From: Lama guanicoe
Taxonomy: Eukaryota
Length of the DNA: 64,000 bases
Assembly: GCA_013239625.1 (NCBI GenBank)
Contig: MU054391.1
Location: 1,548,711-1,612,710, forward strand
Direction: 5' to 3'
Shown here: piece by piece, positions 36,358-49,592 of the stretch
Numbering within the stretch: the stretch's first letter is position 1
How the letters are laid out: each line of letters opens with the position of its first letter
The notes under the pieces: model-generated
What the model was told of the DNA's origin: nothing
The model's database searches: none
Seen by the model: only the letters and a program-made list of their open reading frames with translations
Position numbers and translations under genes: made by a program

Positions 36358-38939
36358 GTCTCAACCAGCTTTCCTGACACAAGTCCCTACATTCCAGCTC
36401 CTCCTCCACTCGCCACCTCACAGAGCCAAATCTGGACCCCAGGTTTTCAGACAGTGGGCTAAAGGATTCAAGTCTCTTCTCAAACTCAAGGAAATCATAC
36501 AAAAGCAGGAAGGAGAATGAAAAGCAGAAACACAAACTCCATCTTCACTGAAACTTGGGAACATCTCTAACCCAGAAGCACACTGAGAAGAAAGCCTCCA
36601 AGCGGAGAGGGTAGGACCCAGAGAAGATGCTGAGCGGGTGGGGGGAGCAGGCAGCAGGAATGAGTGCTCCCATACACGCTTCGGCAAGAATGCGAGCAAG
36701 GTTGGGGCACCAGCGGGCATCTCCCCAGGAAGCAGCCTGGGGCTCCGGGGAGGCTGCACTGTGGCCAGCTGGGCTCTGCCAAACTCCTCCGTCTTGGGGT
36801 AAGTCACAGCTCAAGAATTTACTCAACAAAACTCTGTGCCGCAGGAGCTCCTGGCAGCCTGGTGTGGGCCTGGGCACCCCCACCCAGGTACACGCACACA
36901 GATCGGGCTGCAAGCGGCTCAGGAAGGCACGTCACGGGACTGTGACCTAGGGAGGCAGCTGGAGCCCAGCAACGGCACCACCGGGAGGGACGGGAGGCCA
37001 GAACAGCAGGAAAAGACCTCAGAAGATGAAAACATAGGGCAGACGCCACCACAGGAGGGCCAGAACCTGTGACTGCACAGGGGATGCACACGAGACTCAG
37101 CGGAGCAACGAGCCCTTCCAAGACCAGAGGAGATAAAGTAAGGCAACCCGGACGACTGACCTGGAGCTGACCCAGTGGCGGAGACGGAAAACAGAGCCGC
37201 TGCTGGAGGGACACAAAGACAGACACCCTAACGGACAGCGTGTGCAGTACGTGAAGGCGCAGCGAATCTGTAAAGGAGGCTGCGGTGTGGCTTTGTGCTC
37301 AAGCTGTCAGCTCAGGTGCAGGCTCTTTGTGCACTGGTTTGGAAGCAGCGTTTCCTATTTGATCCCTGGGACTGTAAGTCCTGTAACATAATTGCCCTCC
37401 CTGTAAGAGAAAGGGTCCTGGGACTTGCCCAAGGATTGACAGTATCACTAGTCTAACTAGCGGGGATTTTCAGACATCGCCTTGCGAAGTAAGTGTCAGG
37501 AACAGCACACCCTCGCCCGCCCAGGCTGCAGTAATAGAAACACAAGAACTTAGGCACCCGGCTCGAAAGGATGCAAGACAAGGAAGTGGAAACTCCAGGA
37601 AGAGAAACCAGCACTGGCGGGTGCACAGCATCAACCAGGCAATTCAGGCCACGCGCACAGAAATAAGGTGAGATACTGAACTTAACATTCAGATTGTTTC
37701 TGAGCAAACATCCTGAAAAGCTGGCTGCACTAGTCACAGAACACTACTCGAATCAGCAGTCGACAATATTATGTAACTAGAAAAACCAGAACCCTGGATA
37801 TGGATTTGGCAAGAGATTGCACTTAACTACACTGGGAGTCTGAGGGAAGGCAAGAGAGCGCAGAAAAAGCCAAAACCCTCACGTGACATGGGCCCCGTCA
37901 CCAGATCATATCCGAGATATAAAAGCAGCCAAGTAAAGACTAGAAGAAATCGCTGTAAAACGTTGAAAGTGGTTATCCTAGGGTATCAGATAAGATGCAA
38001 AGGGAGTGTTTAGGGCCTGCTGATTTTAATCAGATTTTCAGCAATTAACTTTTTTTTTTTTAGTTTCAGACTTTTTATTTGTAAAAGGGAGATAACAAAA
38101 CCTACCTCAGAGGGCACCATGGAAGTAAAATGAAACAAAATATGTAGAAACATGGAGCACGCAACCTAGCAGACATTGACTTGATGTTATTAGGAAAGGC
38201 GGTGTGCAATTGGACCATGTTATTTATTTTTTACTATTATTGAGAGAAATATTGCTTGCATTCACAGCAACTAACTTCTTAAACGACTCATAAGAATTAC
38301 TTGATTTAAAATTTTTAAATATACAAAAGGGAAAAGAACTAAAATTGTGAACACAATTCAAAATGTTGCAAAAACAGGAATGTGCTCAGGAAACAGGAAT
38401 GTGTCTCTTGTTTGGACAAGGGTACCTCATCTCAGCCTCCGAGCCTCACCACCTTCAATAATTAGATCCTCATCTTCTACATAAACTGTTCTCCAAAGTG
38501 ATTTTAACATCAATGACAACCAAACCTCCACTATAACTTCTAGTTCTTTCATGTTTACTGCAGTAATGGTGCTTCAGATTCAAGAAAGTCACGGCCCACA
38601 GAGCTGTCCAAAGTAAGGAAGTGCAAAAATCAGTTACTTTTAAGACAAAGAAGAAATTCAGATATAATATTTGATGCCCAAGGCAAGGATCTACTCCACT
38701 GATCTGTCAGAATGCCAGGAAACGACATTTTGTTACCTTAAAGATCCGACACTGAAGATCAAAACCTCCAGGTTATTTAGGAGATTTCTTAAGGAGATCA
38801 AAAAGTTATGAAGTAGCAACAGAGGAAGATGCACAAGGTCAGGGAAGCTTCTATCTCCCGCATGCGCCCTGTGTGCGCACCCCCACGTGCACCTTGTTAA
38901 GGAGACAGCAGTGTAACTTTGTGGTTAAGAGGCTTAAAA

Positions 38940-39289
38940 CAAACAAACAAACCAAAAAAAAAACAGAAGACAAATGAACTTAAATATAAAACAGAAACAG
39001 ACTCAGAGACATAGAATACAAACTTGTGGTTGCCAGGGGCTAGGGGGATAGGGAGGGACAGACTGGGAGTTCAAGCTTTATAGATACTGACAAGTATATA
39101 TAGAATAGATAAACAAGTTTATACTGTACAGCACAGGGAAATATAGTCAAGATCTTGTAGTAGCTTATGGTGAAAAAGAATATGAAAATGAATATATATG
39201 TATATTCATGTATGACTGAAAAACTGCTGTACACCAGAAGTTGACACAATATTGCAAACTGACTATAACTCAATTTAAAAAAAAAAGAA
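38940..39289 (+). mobile_element. L1 3'-UTR insertion nested in a MIR (MIR halves ~38905-38935 and ~39290-39475)
   Basis: aaaacagaaacagactcagagacatagaa...actgtacagcacaggg...poly-A, with TSD aagaggctt on both sides. The flanks join into MIR-like gtggttaagaggctt|tgaagtcag...gtgagaattaaa. Confidence 0.85.
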
Positions 39290-39609
39290 AAGAGGCTTTG
39301 AAGTCAGTTTGGGTTTAAAGCCTGCCTAGGTTAGAATCTCTATCATTTGCCAGTGAAGCAGCCTCTTACCACAGGAAAAATAACACCTCCCTGTATGACT
39401 GCTGTGAGAATTAAACAAAGTATCTGTGCACTGTTAGGCAGAGTGCCTGAAACACAGGTACGTTCTCAACAACTGGAAGTTAAGGCACCAGTCCTATGGG
39501 ACAGAGCCAGCGGTCAAACCCCACAGCAGTTCATGGCTCCTAGGACACTGAGATACCGCCTTGTCTGGAGTTTATGTGTAAGAACTTTGCCTCACAACAA
39601 CCAGAACAA

Positions 39610-39810
39610 CATTTATTGAATGCTTCTTAGGTGCTAGGGTCTGTTCTAGGTGCCTGAATTAAATGTATTAACTCATTTAATTTCACAACAGCCACAGTGG
39701 GTAGCGGCTCATTTTCCCATTTTATTCGCAAGGAAATTGAGACCCAAGGTCACAGAGTAAGTGCTGGAGCTGGGATTGAAACCTCAGGAGCTGCAGTGGC
39801 ATCTAGGCTT
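39610..39810 (-). mobile_element. MIR, antisense
   Basis: atttattgaatgctt...tgtattaactcatttaat...cccattttta...ggaaattgagaccca. Confidence 0.7.
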
Positions 39811-40454
39811 TCAGTAACTAACACTGCTGCTTCTCCCACTGTAAGCTTCTTGAAAGTAGAAATCATGCATATTGTTAAGACACATCTGCCACACACAATT
39901 ACGTAACAGGCACTTCATGTGGCGATGAACTGTTTTTATTTCTCTGTAACTGTCCCTCAGTGCCTCAAGCATATATAACAGGTCCTCTGAAGCCACTTGG
40001 AAAGACAGAAGCCAGTATAGGGCTGTAACAGGTCCCACTCAATGCGACCTACCTGCCCTTGGAGCTCATCCCTTACCCCACTCGCCCTCTCCTTCAGCCA
40101 CACAGGCTCTCTTGCTTTCCCTGCATCCTCACTCCACTCCTTACACTACAGGGTCCACTCATGTCACCGTCACTCGCTGAGCACCTTCCCTGCCATGGTC
40201 ACCGTTAAAAGCACTGGAGAACACAGGACGAGAAGGAAACAGGACGGACAGTGGTGGGAAAACAGGTGAAATCCGAAGAGTCTGGTTCAGTTAACCAGAC
40301 TGTACCAATGCTAACTCCAAAGTTTTGGTCAGCGTGCACTGGCCCTGGAAGATGACAACATTCAGGCAAGCTGGGTGAAGGGTACACAACTTTCCGTGTA
40401 TCTTCGCAACTCCTAATGTAGATTTAATTTTGTGTCAAAATTTAAACAAAAAAC

Positions 40455-41200
40455 AGGCAGCGCCCGGCTCCAGGAAGCCCGACGGCGGAAGAACGGTGCA
40501 CAAGTAAACAGGCCGGCTGCGTAGTGAGAGTCAGGCCACAGGGAGCGGCCGGGCTGCGGGAGGCGGCGCGGGGCTCCAAGCCCGGGGGCGGCGGGCAGAA
40601 CCGCGGCGCCCCCACCCCGCCGCGCGTCACGCAGGCCCCTGGCCCGTCCGGCAGGACCACGGCCTACTGCCCCAGGCCGCGCAGGGGCGCCGCTCCGGCC
40701 GCCGCGGAGCCCTCCTGAGACCCACCTGGAACTCCAGGCCGTAGATCACCGGCGCGTCGTCCTCCATGCTGCGGCGGCCCGCACACCTGAGGAGGGTCTC
40801 CAGAGCCGGCGCGCCCCCAGCTCAGCGCCCATTCATTCCCTCCCGCCCAGGCGGCGCCGAACCGGAACTCGTTGTGACCAGCCCGGCTCCCGTAGGGTCA
40901 CTTCCTATGTTTTCCTGAAACGTCATCAACGCGCTCCCAGCCGGCGACCAATCGCGGCAGCGCCGGGCTCGTGCGCATGCCCACTTGGCTCCCATCCGGG
41001 CTCTCAGGTGCGCAGGCCCCGGGGAGTAGGCTCAGGAGAGGAGGACCTGGCCAGGACCCGAGCGGGGCGGGGCGGGAAGCCCGCGGCTGGGAGGCCTCCC
41101 TGCTCCATCGCCCCCGGGAGCCTCGCTCGCCTGCGGCTGTGACACCGTGGTTGGATAGCATTAGCACTCTCCCGGCGCCACGGCAAACTTAAGTGACAGT
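40455..41200 (-). promoter_or_regulatory. CpG-island promoter of EIPR1
   Basis: Dense CpG. ETS cores ACCGGAA 40861-67 and CACTTCCT 40899-906, CCAAT 40948-52, NRF1-like TGCGCATGC 40972-80, GC box GGGGCGGGG 41064-72. Confidence 0.85.
40726..40767 (-). CDS. EIPR1: EIPR1 (TSSC1) coding exon 1, MEDDAPVIYGLEFQ
   Basis: Minus strand reads gcagcATGGAGGACGAC...GAGTTCCAG|gtgggt. Strong Kozak context, 42 nt, GT donor, inside a CpG island. The peptide matches the recalled EIPR1 N-terminus. Confidence 0.96.
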
Positions 41201-41534
41201 TGCGGGCACAGAAGTAGTAAATTGGGAGCTAGAGTATGTTCCTGGTCTGTCAGACGCAGGTTGGCCCGGCCCAGATCCCTAAGGTCAAGAGCCAGGCTGC
41301 TCCGTGTCCGCAGGCGCCCAGCGCAGTGTGTGCAATGACAAAAGGATCCCATGCCGATGCCAGGGTGATGCGTGATGCCTGGCGTCGAACCACTGGCGCT
41401 GTTTGGCAGCGTTTGCCTCCAAAGGGAGTCTGGTGGGAAGACCCTGGGGTCCCTGCATCTCTCCATCATCTGTGTGACCATTAACTTTTCTCTCTTCCCT
41501 TAATCTTTGTGACAAATAACTAGGCCTGGAACAG

Positions 41535-42045
41535 GTATGTGAAAAGATGCTGGTTACCACTAGTCATCAGGGAAATGCGACTCAACCACAATGGTATGTT
41601 ATTCAGCCCTTAAGTCCTGTCATTTGTGACAACGTGGATGAACCTAGAGGACACTGCTAAGTGAAATAAGAAAGGCAGATACAGCATGATTCCACCTACA
41701 TGTGGAATCTAAAAAAGAAAGTTGAACTCTTTGTAACAGAGAGTAGAATGATGCTTATCAGGGCCTGGGGAGAAGTTTGTCAAATAGTACAAATTCAAGA
41801 TAAACAGGCTCTGGAGACATAATTAATAATATATCCTATACTTCAAATCTGCCACAAGGAGATTGCAAATGTTCTTACCACAAACGCAGAAAATGGGAAA
41901 TACATGAGGTGATTGTTAAGTTCATTAGTTCCATTATGCCGTCATTTCACAATGTATACATATATCAAAACATCACATTGTACACGTAAATACATACTTT
42001 TATTTGTCAGAAATAAGGTATTTTAAATCATTTTTTAAAAAAAGA
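41535..42045 (+). mobile_element. L1 3' fragment between the two promoters
   Basis: catcagggaaatgc...acaacgtggatgaacctagaggac...tgtggaatctaaaaaa...tatatcaaaacatcacattgtaca followed by an A-rich tail. Confidence 0.85.
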
Positions 42046-42519
42046 GAGAAATGTTAGGTCTTGTTTGGTTCATTGGTACCCCAGCGCCTAGCGCTGTGCT
42101 TGGCACTTAGGCTGGATGAGCATCCGTCGGACAAACAGGAGATCTGTGTGGTTACGGTAGAAATCAAGGAAGCAAAAGCACAGACACGGGCATCTTACTA
42201 GCCGGCTCCGTTTGCCTAAGATGAAGTAGCAGCGCTACGAGAACGCAGGACCTTGATACTGCTGGATTAAATCCACCTACTATCGGTATCATTACCATTT
42301 TTACCGTTGTTATTACACAAGTACTACAGATGCATGGCAGGAAAAGGTGAAAATACAGAAAGGCGCAAAGACAAATCCCTGAAAATAAGTATTTCCAGGG
42401 TGCTTTGGCCAGGAGTAAAAAGAGAGTAACCATCTCCCTTCTAGCTGCCCCTCTGCCACAGGTTTGTCTATCCCTGTGTGTCAGAGCAATTTCCCTCCGC
42501 ATTCCCAGGAAAGGGGTCG

Positions 42520-42835
42520 GCTAACTCCGCCCATGCCCCGCCTCCGGACCCAGGCCCCGCCCGCTGCGGCGCGAACCGGAAACGCGCTGGGAGGCCGGCT
42601 CCTGCATTGGGCACGCGCGGGAGCAGGCGCGCGCAAGCGCAGAAGCCGCCGGAAGCGCGGTTTCGAGTCTTTCCTTCCCGGCTTTCTCCATCTTCTCCCC
42701 GGACCCTGGTCACAGCCGCAAGTGACCCTTTCCCCACCCCAGGGGGGCGGTGGCAGGTGAGGACAGGGCCCGGGCTGTAGGGAGGGGGTCCTGCCGTCCC
42801 TAACTGCAGCCTTGCCGGCCCTCAGGCCCAGCCGC
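42520..42835 (+). promoter_or_regulatory. CpG-island promoter of TRAPPC12
   Basis: GC box CCCCGCCC 42555-62, ETS ACCGGAAA 42575-82 and CCGGAAGC 42649-56, inverted CCAAT 42606-10, NRF1-like GCGCAAGCGCA 42631-41. Confidence 0.8.
42645..42756 (+). other. TRAPPC12: Probable TRAPPC12 non-coding exon 1 (5' UTR); start approximate
   Basis: Follows ETS/NRF1-like/GC-box motifs in a CpG island, contains no ATG, and ends in a strong donor CAG|gtgagg at 42756/57. The next exon has an acceptor only 6 nt before its ATG, so an upstream exon is required. Confidence 0.7.
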
Positions 42836-42838
42836 TTA

Positions 42839-43112
42839 GGGGTCTCCTCCCCAGGTCTTCCTCCCGAGGTCCTCCTCCCCGGATCCTCCTCCCGGGGGTC
42901 TCCTCCTGGGGGCGGTCTCCTCCCCAGGTCCTCCTCCCAGGGTTCTTCTCCTAGGGAGGGTCTGCTCCTGCGGGTCTCCTGCCCGGATCTTCCTCCCAGG
43001 GGTCTCCTGGGGGGATCTCCTCCCCAGGTCCTCCTCCCAGGGTTCTTCTCCTAGCGGGGGGTCTTCTCCTGGGGGTCTCCTGCCAGGGGTCTCCTCCCCG
43101 GGGTCTCCTCTC
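42839..43112. repeat. Minisatellite, ~14-bp unit ggggtctcctcccc, in TRAPPC12 intron 1
   Basis: Many degenerate copies; an identical 39-bp block occurs at 42916-54 and 43016-54. Confidence 0.9.
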
Positions 43113-45468
43113 TCCCTCCTGCCACACCGCCTCCTGGCAGGCCTGGCCAAGCCCCGCGCCCGTGTCCTGCCGGGTCTGCAGCAAGGCCTTCTGTGTGTGC
43201 CCTTCTCGGGGGCGGCCCTCGGTGCTGGGCACGGACAGCTCAGGAGGGGTCTGCGGCCCAGGTCCCAGCTGTGGCGCTCAGTGACTTCTTTCTCTTAGCT
43301 CACTCCTCTGTAGGTAGAAGTTCACCGTAACCCACCGGACCAGACTCAGTATTGTTAGGGCAAAATGCGATGGTTTGTGTAAAAGCATGTCAGTGTTGGC
43401 TAATCCGTTCCAGAGTAACATCCAGGACGGAAGTGATTGATAGAGCATAGACACTGTGAAGACTGGAGACATTTCTTATTTAAAAATAAGCATCAGGCTC
43501 AAAGATGTGCTCTGTGCCTGTTTTTCTCACCCTCTACCACAAGAGTTTAACCCTAGTGACACACTTCCTTAGACCTGCAGTTCATAGCTTTTTATGGCCA
43601 CTGGAAGACACCGTATCTTTTGGATGTAAATGCTTTACTCCTTGTTTCTTTTTACAAGTTGAGAAGAGTGCAGTGGGTGGCAGGCAGTGCGTTAGGCCCT
43701 CTGTGTGATGGGTGGGTTGGGAGAAGGGATAGAGGACTGCAGGTAGGATGATACAGCCCTCACGCTACTCATCCAACCCTCACATCCTGTGACTTCTAAC
43801 AGGACGGTCCCTGGTCGGAGGCAGTGTTACCACTCCGCGTCATCATGAAGACTGTAATGACTGTGTTTGTGTATGTGCAGCTCATCACAGTTTAAACCCT
43901 CCCTGTGCATCAGCTGCTGTTTAATCCTCGTTATCCCAGTTTACAGATGGGGAAGCCAGGACTAAGCCGAGACTAATCATTTTTAAAGGTCACTTTACTG
44001 AGTAGTGAAGCCAGGACTCCGACAGTTATTCAGAGCCGTGTTCAGTGCTCTTTCTGCCTCATCCACAGCTCTGAATCAGAATGTATCCCGGCAACCTTAC
44101 AAGGAGAGCGGAGGCAGGAACACCTGTCACATCAAGTACTGGTGCTGTGACTTTGGGCAAGTCACTTGGTTTTCTCTGCTGTATGATCAAGCTGATACTT
44201 AATAAGTTGATCCTGAGGATTAAGTAAGAAAACACGTAAAATGCTTGATCTGTTCTGGGTGTTCTTTACATGAGGGCTTTTCTAAATATATGCTTAAATC
44301 CCTACTACATGCATAGTTCTTTCATGGAAACAGGTCAAAGATTTGTAATTCCGGAGTCTTATGTCCAGAAAGGGAGCCGGAACAGCAACAGTTTTCATTG
44401 TTCTTAGTGAATTTAAGCCACTTAAAGTTAGTACTTAAAAGATGTTTTAAGGCTAGTTAAGCTCATTGTGCAAAGCACTCAACTGGACAAAGAGAAAGTC
44501 GGATTTCTTTGCAAGCATTTTGATGCTGGCATAATAAGCTTAAAATCGTGTCCATTATATCATGTCTATTAATAATTTTTATTAAGCCAATAGTAGAAGA
44601 AGCAAAGATTTTATATCACAAAGAAGTCAAGGACGGATACACATGCTTTTCCATTTTGAGATTATGAAATATAAAGCTTGGATGTAATACACGTGGAAGA
44701 CATGAAGGTCAAGTGTGATCCTGACCCAAAGTTCTACCGTCAGCATTGCCAATGGCTTGGACGCCCCTATGTCCCTCCCTAGTCAGACCTTCCCTTGCCA
44801 TCACCTCCACCCCCTCCCCAACTGAACTGGGTAGTATCATCACCATGGTTTTGTGTTTGTATTCCTAAAACAGTATATAGTTTAATTTACATGTTTTGAA
44901 ATTTGTGTAGAAAATCAGACTGTTTATATTTCTCCCCATTCCTTCTGCCAAATTAGGTTTGTGGGATTTAGACAGTGATGCCTTCAATATGGGATGGCTT
45001 GTTCGTTTTCACTGCTGTATAATATTCCGTTTTAATATACTACCATTTCTTCATTTATTATGCTGTGTTTGGGCAGTGGTTGTTCCAGATTTTTATTTTG
45101 GGGACTTTGGAAAGGGGGCAGTATTTTGTTTGGATTTGCTGTTTGTAACATTCACAGTCAGTGCTTATGGTGCCCATGTGTAGAACTTCCTCTATGATAC
45201 ATAGATAATGGGACCCCTTTTGTCTCAACCAGGACTCGTGAGAGTGAAAAGAGGTGCTTAATTTTACAGAAACCATGGGTATAAAGTGGAATCATCCTAG
45301 AAAAATCAATTTGTATGGCTGAGGAAGTCACTGGACATGTGTTTGTGAAATGTGGGTCTCTTTCACTGTTTGGATCTTTGTTTCAGATATTTTTCTGTTG
45401 GATCATTTACTGTCCTATTGATCTGAAGGAATTTTAATGTATTCTTGATATTAAGTCTAAAAATATCA

Positions 45469-45562
45469 GGGGAAGGGTAGAGTTCAGTGGTAGAGTGCAT
45501 GCTTAGCACACACAAAGTCCTGGCTTCAGTCCCTAGTCCTTCCATTAAAAAAAAAAAATCTA
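45469..45562 (+). mobile_element. tRNA-derived SINE
   Basis: ggggaagggtagagttcagtggtagagtgcatgcttagc... plus poly-A; TSD-like tctaaaaatatca / tctaacaatgtca; sits among old L1 fragments (~44650-46070). Confidence 0.85.
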
Positions 45563-48424
45563 AATCTAACAATGTCAAGTGTAGTGAATATGTTGAACAA
45601 GAATATTTACATACCACTACTAAGTGTGTGGATTGGTACAAGCACTTAGGGAAGAATTTGGCGTTATCTGATAAAGGGGTGGATTCTCTGTGATCCACTG
45701 CGCACACACATACAGAGGGAGGCGTGTACAAGAGTATTCATAGCAGCACTAGATTCAAAAACCTGACACCTCAAACATCCGTCAACAGAAGAGTGAGGTG
45801 GTGACACCGTCACACAGCAGAGCGTCAGCAGCACAGATGAGTGAGTCACAGCCCCACACCCCTTCCCAGGATGAACCTCAAGGCTCAAAGTGGGGAGGGC
45901 AAATTAAGTCAAAAACTGAAAAAAGTCAGTAACACATTGTTTGAGGAAATAAATGTGGAAAATTAAAGAAAAACGAGTACAACAAATCTCAGAATATTAG
46001 CTCTGGAAGGAGAAGGAAGTGGGTATTAGGGTGTATTGTCTTAGCTACAGGTTACAAACATTGTTTTGTAGCCACTCAATAATTAGTAAGAATTGTTTGT
46101 AGAAAATGTACCTTCGGAAGAGTCAGGGAGGCCAGCAAGAACCTTCTGAGGTTTCTAATGAAAGAAGCAAGAAACCCGAGATGCGCTTCCACCGCAGTCC
46201 CTTCCCATCTGACGCCTCCCGGGGCGTGGAGGCCACAGTTGCTCAGTTTCCTCTCGGTCATCTCCGGGCTTGGCCCCTTGACAGCAGGGCAGTGCTGCCT
46301 TATGCTGGTGTCTGAGTCTCTGTGGCCCTCCTGCTTTGCCAGTGGTTTTTAAGAAATGTGTAGTTTCTATTGAGAAACTAAGGTAAACAGTTTAATTTTT
46401 ACTCTGGGTTGGGCAACATCTGTGGTAACAGTGTCACTAGGAAATGGAAGCTGATTTTCTAAATGAGACTGGATTAGTAACAAGGTTACTGAAGAGAATG
46501 AAAACATAGTTACAAACTTCAGCATTGACTTGAAAGACTGTTCCTTTTTGGTCGGCTTTCTTCCTTTCAGAAGATGATTTCTTTTAAAACATATTTTGGG
46601 TGAGTTGGTAAAGACAGAATTGCTTGTCCCAGTGTTTTATTCTTTGCCTACCTGTTCTTCAGAAAGGGCCATTCCCCTTACCAGCAAGTACGTTTCCCTG
46701 ACATTCCCCAGCAACTGTCCCTTCTGAAAATCTTTGGCCATTTCGCAGGTCAGATTGTTTAGAATCATAGATTTATTCTGAGTTTCTTTACTTACTGCTG
46801 AAGCATTTCCTTGTCGCTGTGGTCCAGTTCCCGTGGTCAGTGGGTCTTGGCAGTGACAAGCCTTCTCTTGCTGCATCGTCTGGTGGAAAGCAGTTCAGGG
46901 TGACCTGTGGACAGCCTTTCCTAAGTACCCTGTTTTACTCTGTGTCTTGTAATACACCCAAGTTAACCTCGACTGGCGGCAATTTCTGCTGAAGAGTAGA
47001 AATGTCTCAAGTTTCCCTACATAGAAAGAAAAGCTTCTGTGTGATTTTGCGAGTTCTGATGTTCTTTACCTTTTCCTGTAATTGTACGCGTTGGACCTTT
47101 TCTTACATCCTGCGTTATTCCACAAGTGTCCACTAATGTAGTCACGGAGGAGCTGGCATTACGATCTGAGCTGTTTTCATTCTGAGAAGGGCTCAGTCCA
47201 GCAGCCTGGGTGCCGGGCACTGGGAATACCTCCATCCTCAGGGGCTCGTGCGGAGGGGCCGGGCTGGTTCCTGGCTGTGTCGCCTTCTAACAGTGAGTGC
47301 AGACGAGTCCCGTCTCTCCCCTGGTTCCGGTGTCCCCGTCTGTGTGTTAGGGCAGCTGATGCCTGTCTCTCGTCCGGCGGTTGTGGAGGTTAAACCAAGG
47401 CGTTGCCGTTTCCACGGTCTTCGTGCTCAGCCTCTGTGTCCTGCGTGGGGAGGACCAGGGAAGAGCCTTCCTCGTGGGGGTGCGTGCACTCATGTCCCTG
47501 AGCAGCCGCCAGTCCGCGCTCCCTGGGAAACGTTACAGGGACAGGGGCTTTTGCTCCTTTTCTTGGTCATTTTGACTTGTTTAAAGCTAATAGTTACTAA
47601 GTGAACATGTAATAAATGGGAAGATTAGTAACTGACTATCCTGGACGAGAAACTTCTCCAGAATATGTAACTTTGACTCTAAAATAAACTTGCTTTTGGA
47701 TCTTCGAGTGCTCCAGCCGTGAAAGGGAAGGACAGCGAATTTCGAAGACTGTGATGAAAGTGTTGACAGAGAGAAGAAAAGGAATCCTACCCAGAGATCA
47801 GCTGAAAGTCACTAGTGTTTTTTTCTGGAAAAACACACATCTTGCATCATAGTCCTTGTCTCCTTACTTGAGTTTGTTCACTACGAGAGGAGAACTATGC
47901 ACGTAACTTTTGCTCCTGGAAGCTCTTCACGGAAAGGAACAAATACTGCTTTAGGGTTCAGAGTCCTTGTTTCACTCTGTGGCCTCCACCCACCAGCGTC
48001 AACCCAACATTTCAGCTTCGACTGGTCCTGGTTTCTCAGCCCACCCGCCGTGTGATCGGGGGCAGGCGCCACTCCTGTCTGAGCCTCAGGCTCCTCGCTG
48101 CACCGTGAAGCACGTGACAGCAGCCGTTCCACGGGGCTGTCAGAGGGTCGGGAAGGAAGAGCACTTAGCCCAGCGTCAGGACGTAGCAAGTGCCACAAAT
48201 GCCCTCCCGTTTCGGTGCCTCAGCTTCACCTCGGGGAGCTTGGTTTGTCCTTGCTGTTGCTCCTGCTCATGCCGTCTCACTGTCTCAGATTCCCGGAGCT
48301 AAGCAAACAGCGTTACGCGCTCAGGAGGATGGAAGGGTGATTGTAGGCTGCAGTGTCTTGGGAAGGCTTCAGGCAGAGTGCGGACTGCAGTGTGTCTTTA
48401 GGAGTAAGTAGGGTTTGAAAGGCT

Positions 48425-49152
48425 GAGACCTCACGCCCATCGGGATGGCTACTATCAAAAAGACAGAAAATTAGTGGTGCTGGAAAGGATGTGGAGAAAT
48501 TGGAACTCCTGTACCCTCTTGGAATGGGAAATGGAAACAACCAGTGGAAAATAGTTTGGGTGGTTCTTCACAAAATTAAAAACAGAACTGCCATATGAAT
48601 GATCCAGCAATCCCACTCCTGGGCGTCTGCCCAAAAGAGCTGAGAACAGGGTCTCGAAGAGATACTTGTACACCCATGTTCTTATCAGCTGTTTTCATAG
48701 CAGCCGAAAGATAGAAGTAACCTGTGACCATCAACAGATAAACTGATAAACAAATGTGTATGTACACACAATGGGGTATTTCTCAGCCTTATGAACGAGG
48801 AGATTCTGACATGCTGTAACGTGGGTGAGCCTCGAGGGCATGCTAAGCGAAATAACCCGAACCCCAAAGAACAAGCACCCTGTGATTCCACGTACGTGAG
48901 GTCCCTGGAGTAGCCAGATTCAGAGAGATGGACACAGAATGGTGCTTGCCAGGGGCTGGGTTGGGGGAGGAAATTGGGAGTTATTGTTTGTTGGGTGCAG
49001 AGTTCCAGTTCTGCAGGTGGAGAAGAGTTCTGGAGATGGATGGAGATGATGGGTGCACAACAAAGTGAATGTAATTAATACCGCTGAACGGTGCACTTGA
49101 AAATGACAAAGATGATAGATGTGCGATGTGTCTTTTACCAAAAAATAAATAA
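48425..49152 (+). mobile_element. L1 (L1MB-like) 3' end
   Basis: ggatggctactatcaaaa...aggatgtggagaaattggaac...gatccagcaatcccactcctggg...aaagagttctggagatggat-like segment...ttttaccaaaaaataaa. Confidence 0.85.
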
Positions 49153-49592
49153 ACGGCTGGAGAAATGGAGGCTATCGAATTTTAAACCATTGAATATATA
49201 GCCGGTACACCGATAAACATTTTTTATAGACTTTTATTTTTTAGAGCAGTTTCAGATTCACTGCAAAATGGAGCAGAGGGTACAGAGATTTCCCGTGACG
49301 CCCTTGCCCTCACATGGTGCAGTCTCCCCCGCTGGCCACGTCCCCCCCGTGTTGCAGCTGATGAGCCTGCATTGACACGTCATCACCCAGAGTCCATAGC
49401 TTACACCATGGTGTAGTCTTGGTGTCATGCAGTCTGTGGATTTGAACAAATAATGACACATTGCACCGTTATAATGACATGATTTCATTTTTATAAATAA
49501 AAAACAATGTTAATAAGACAAAACCAGCTTAACAGTAGCTGAGACAGAAAGCTGAGGAGACTAACGGCTGCTTGTCTTTGTTTCAGGCGACC

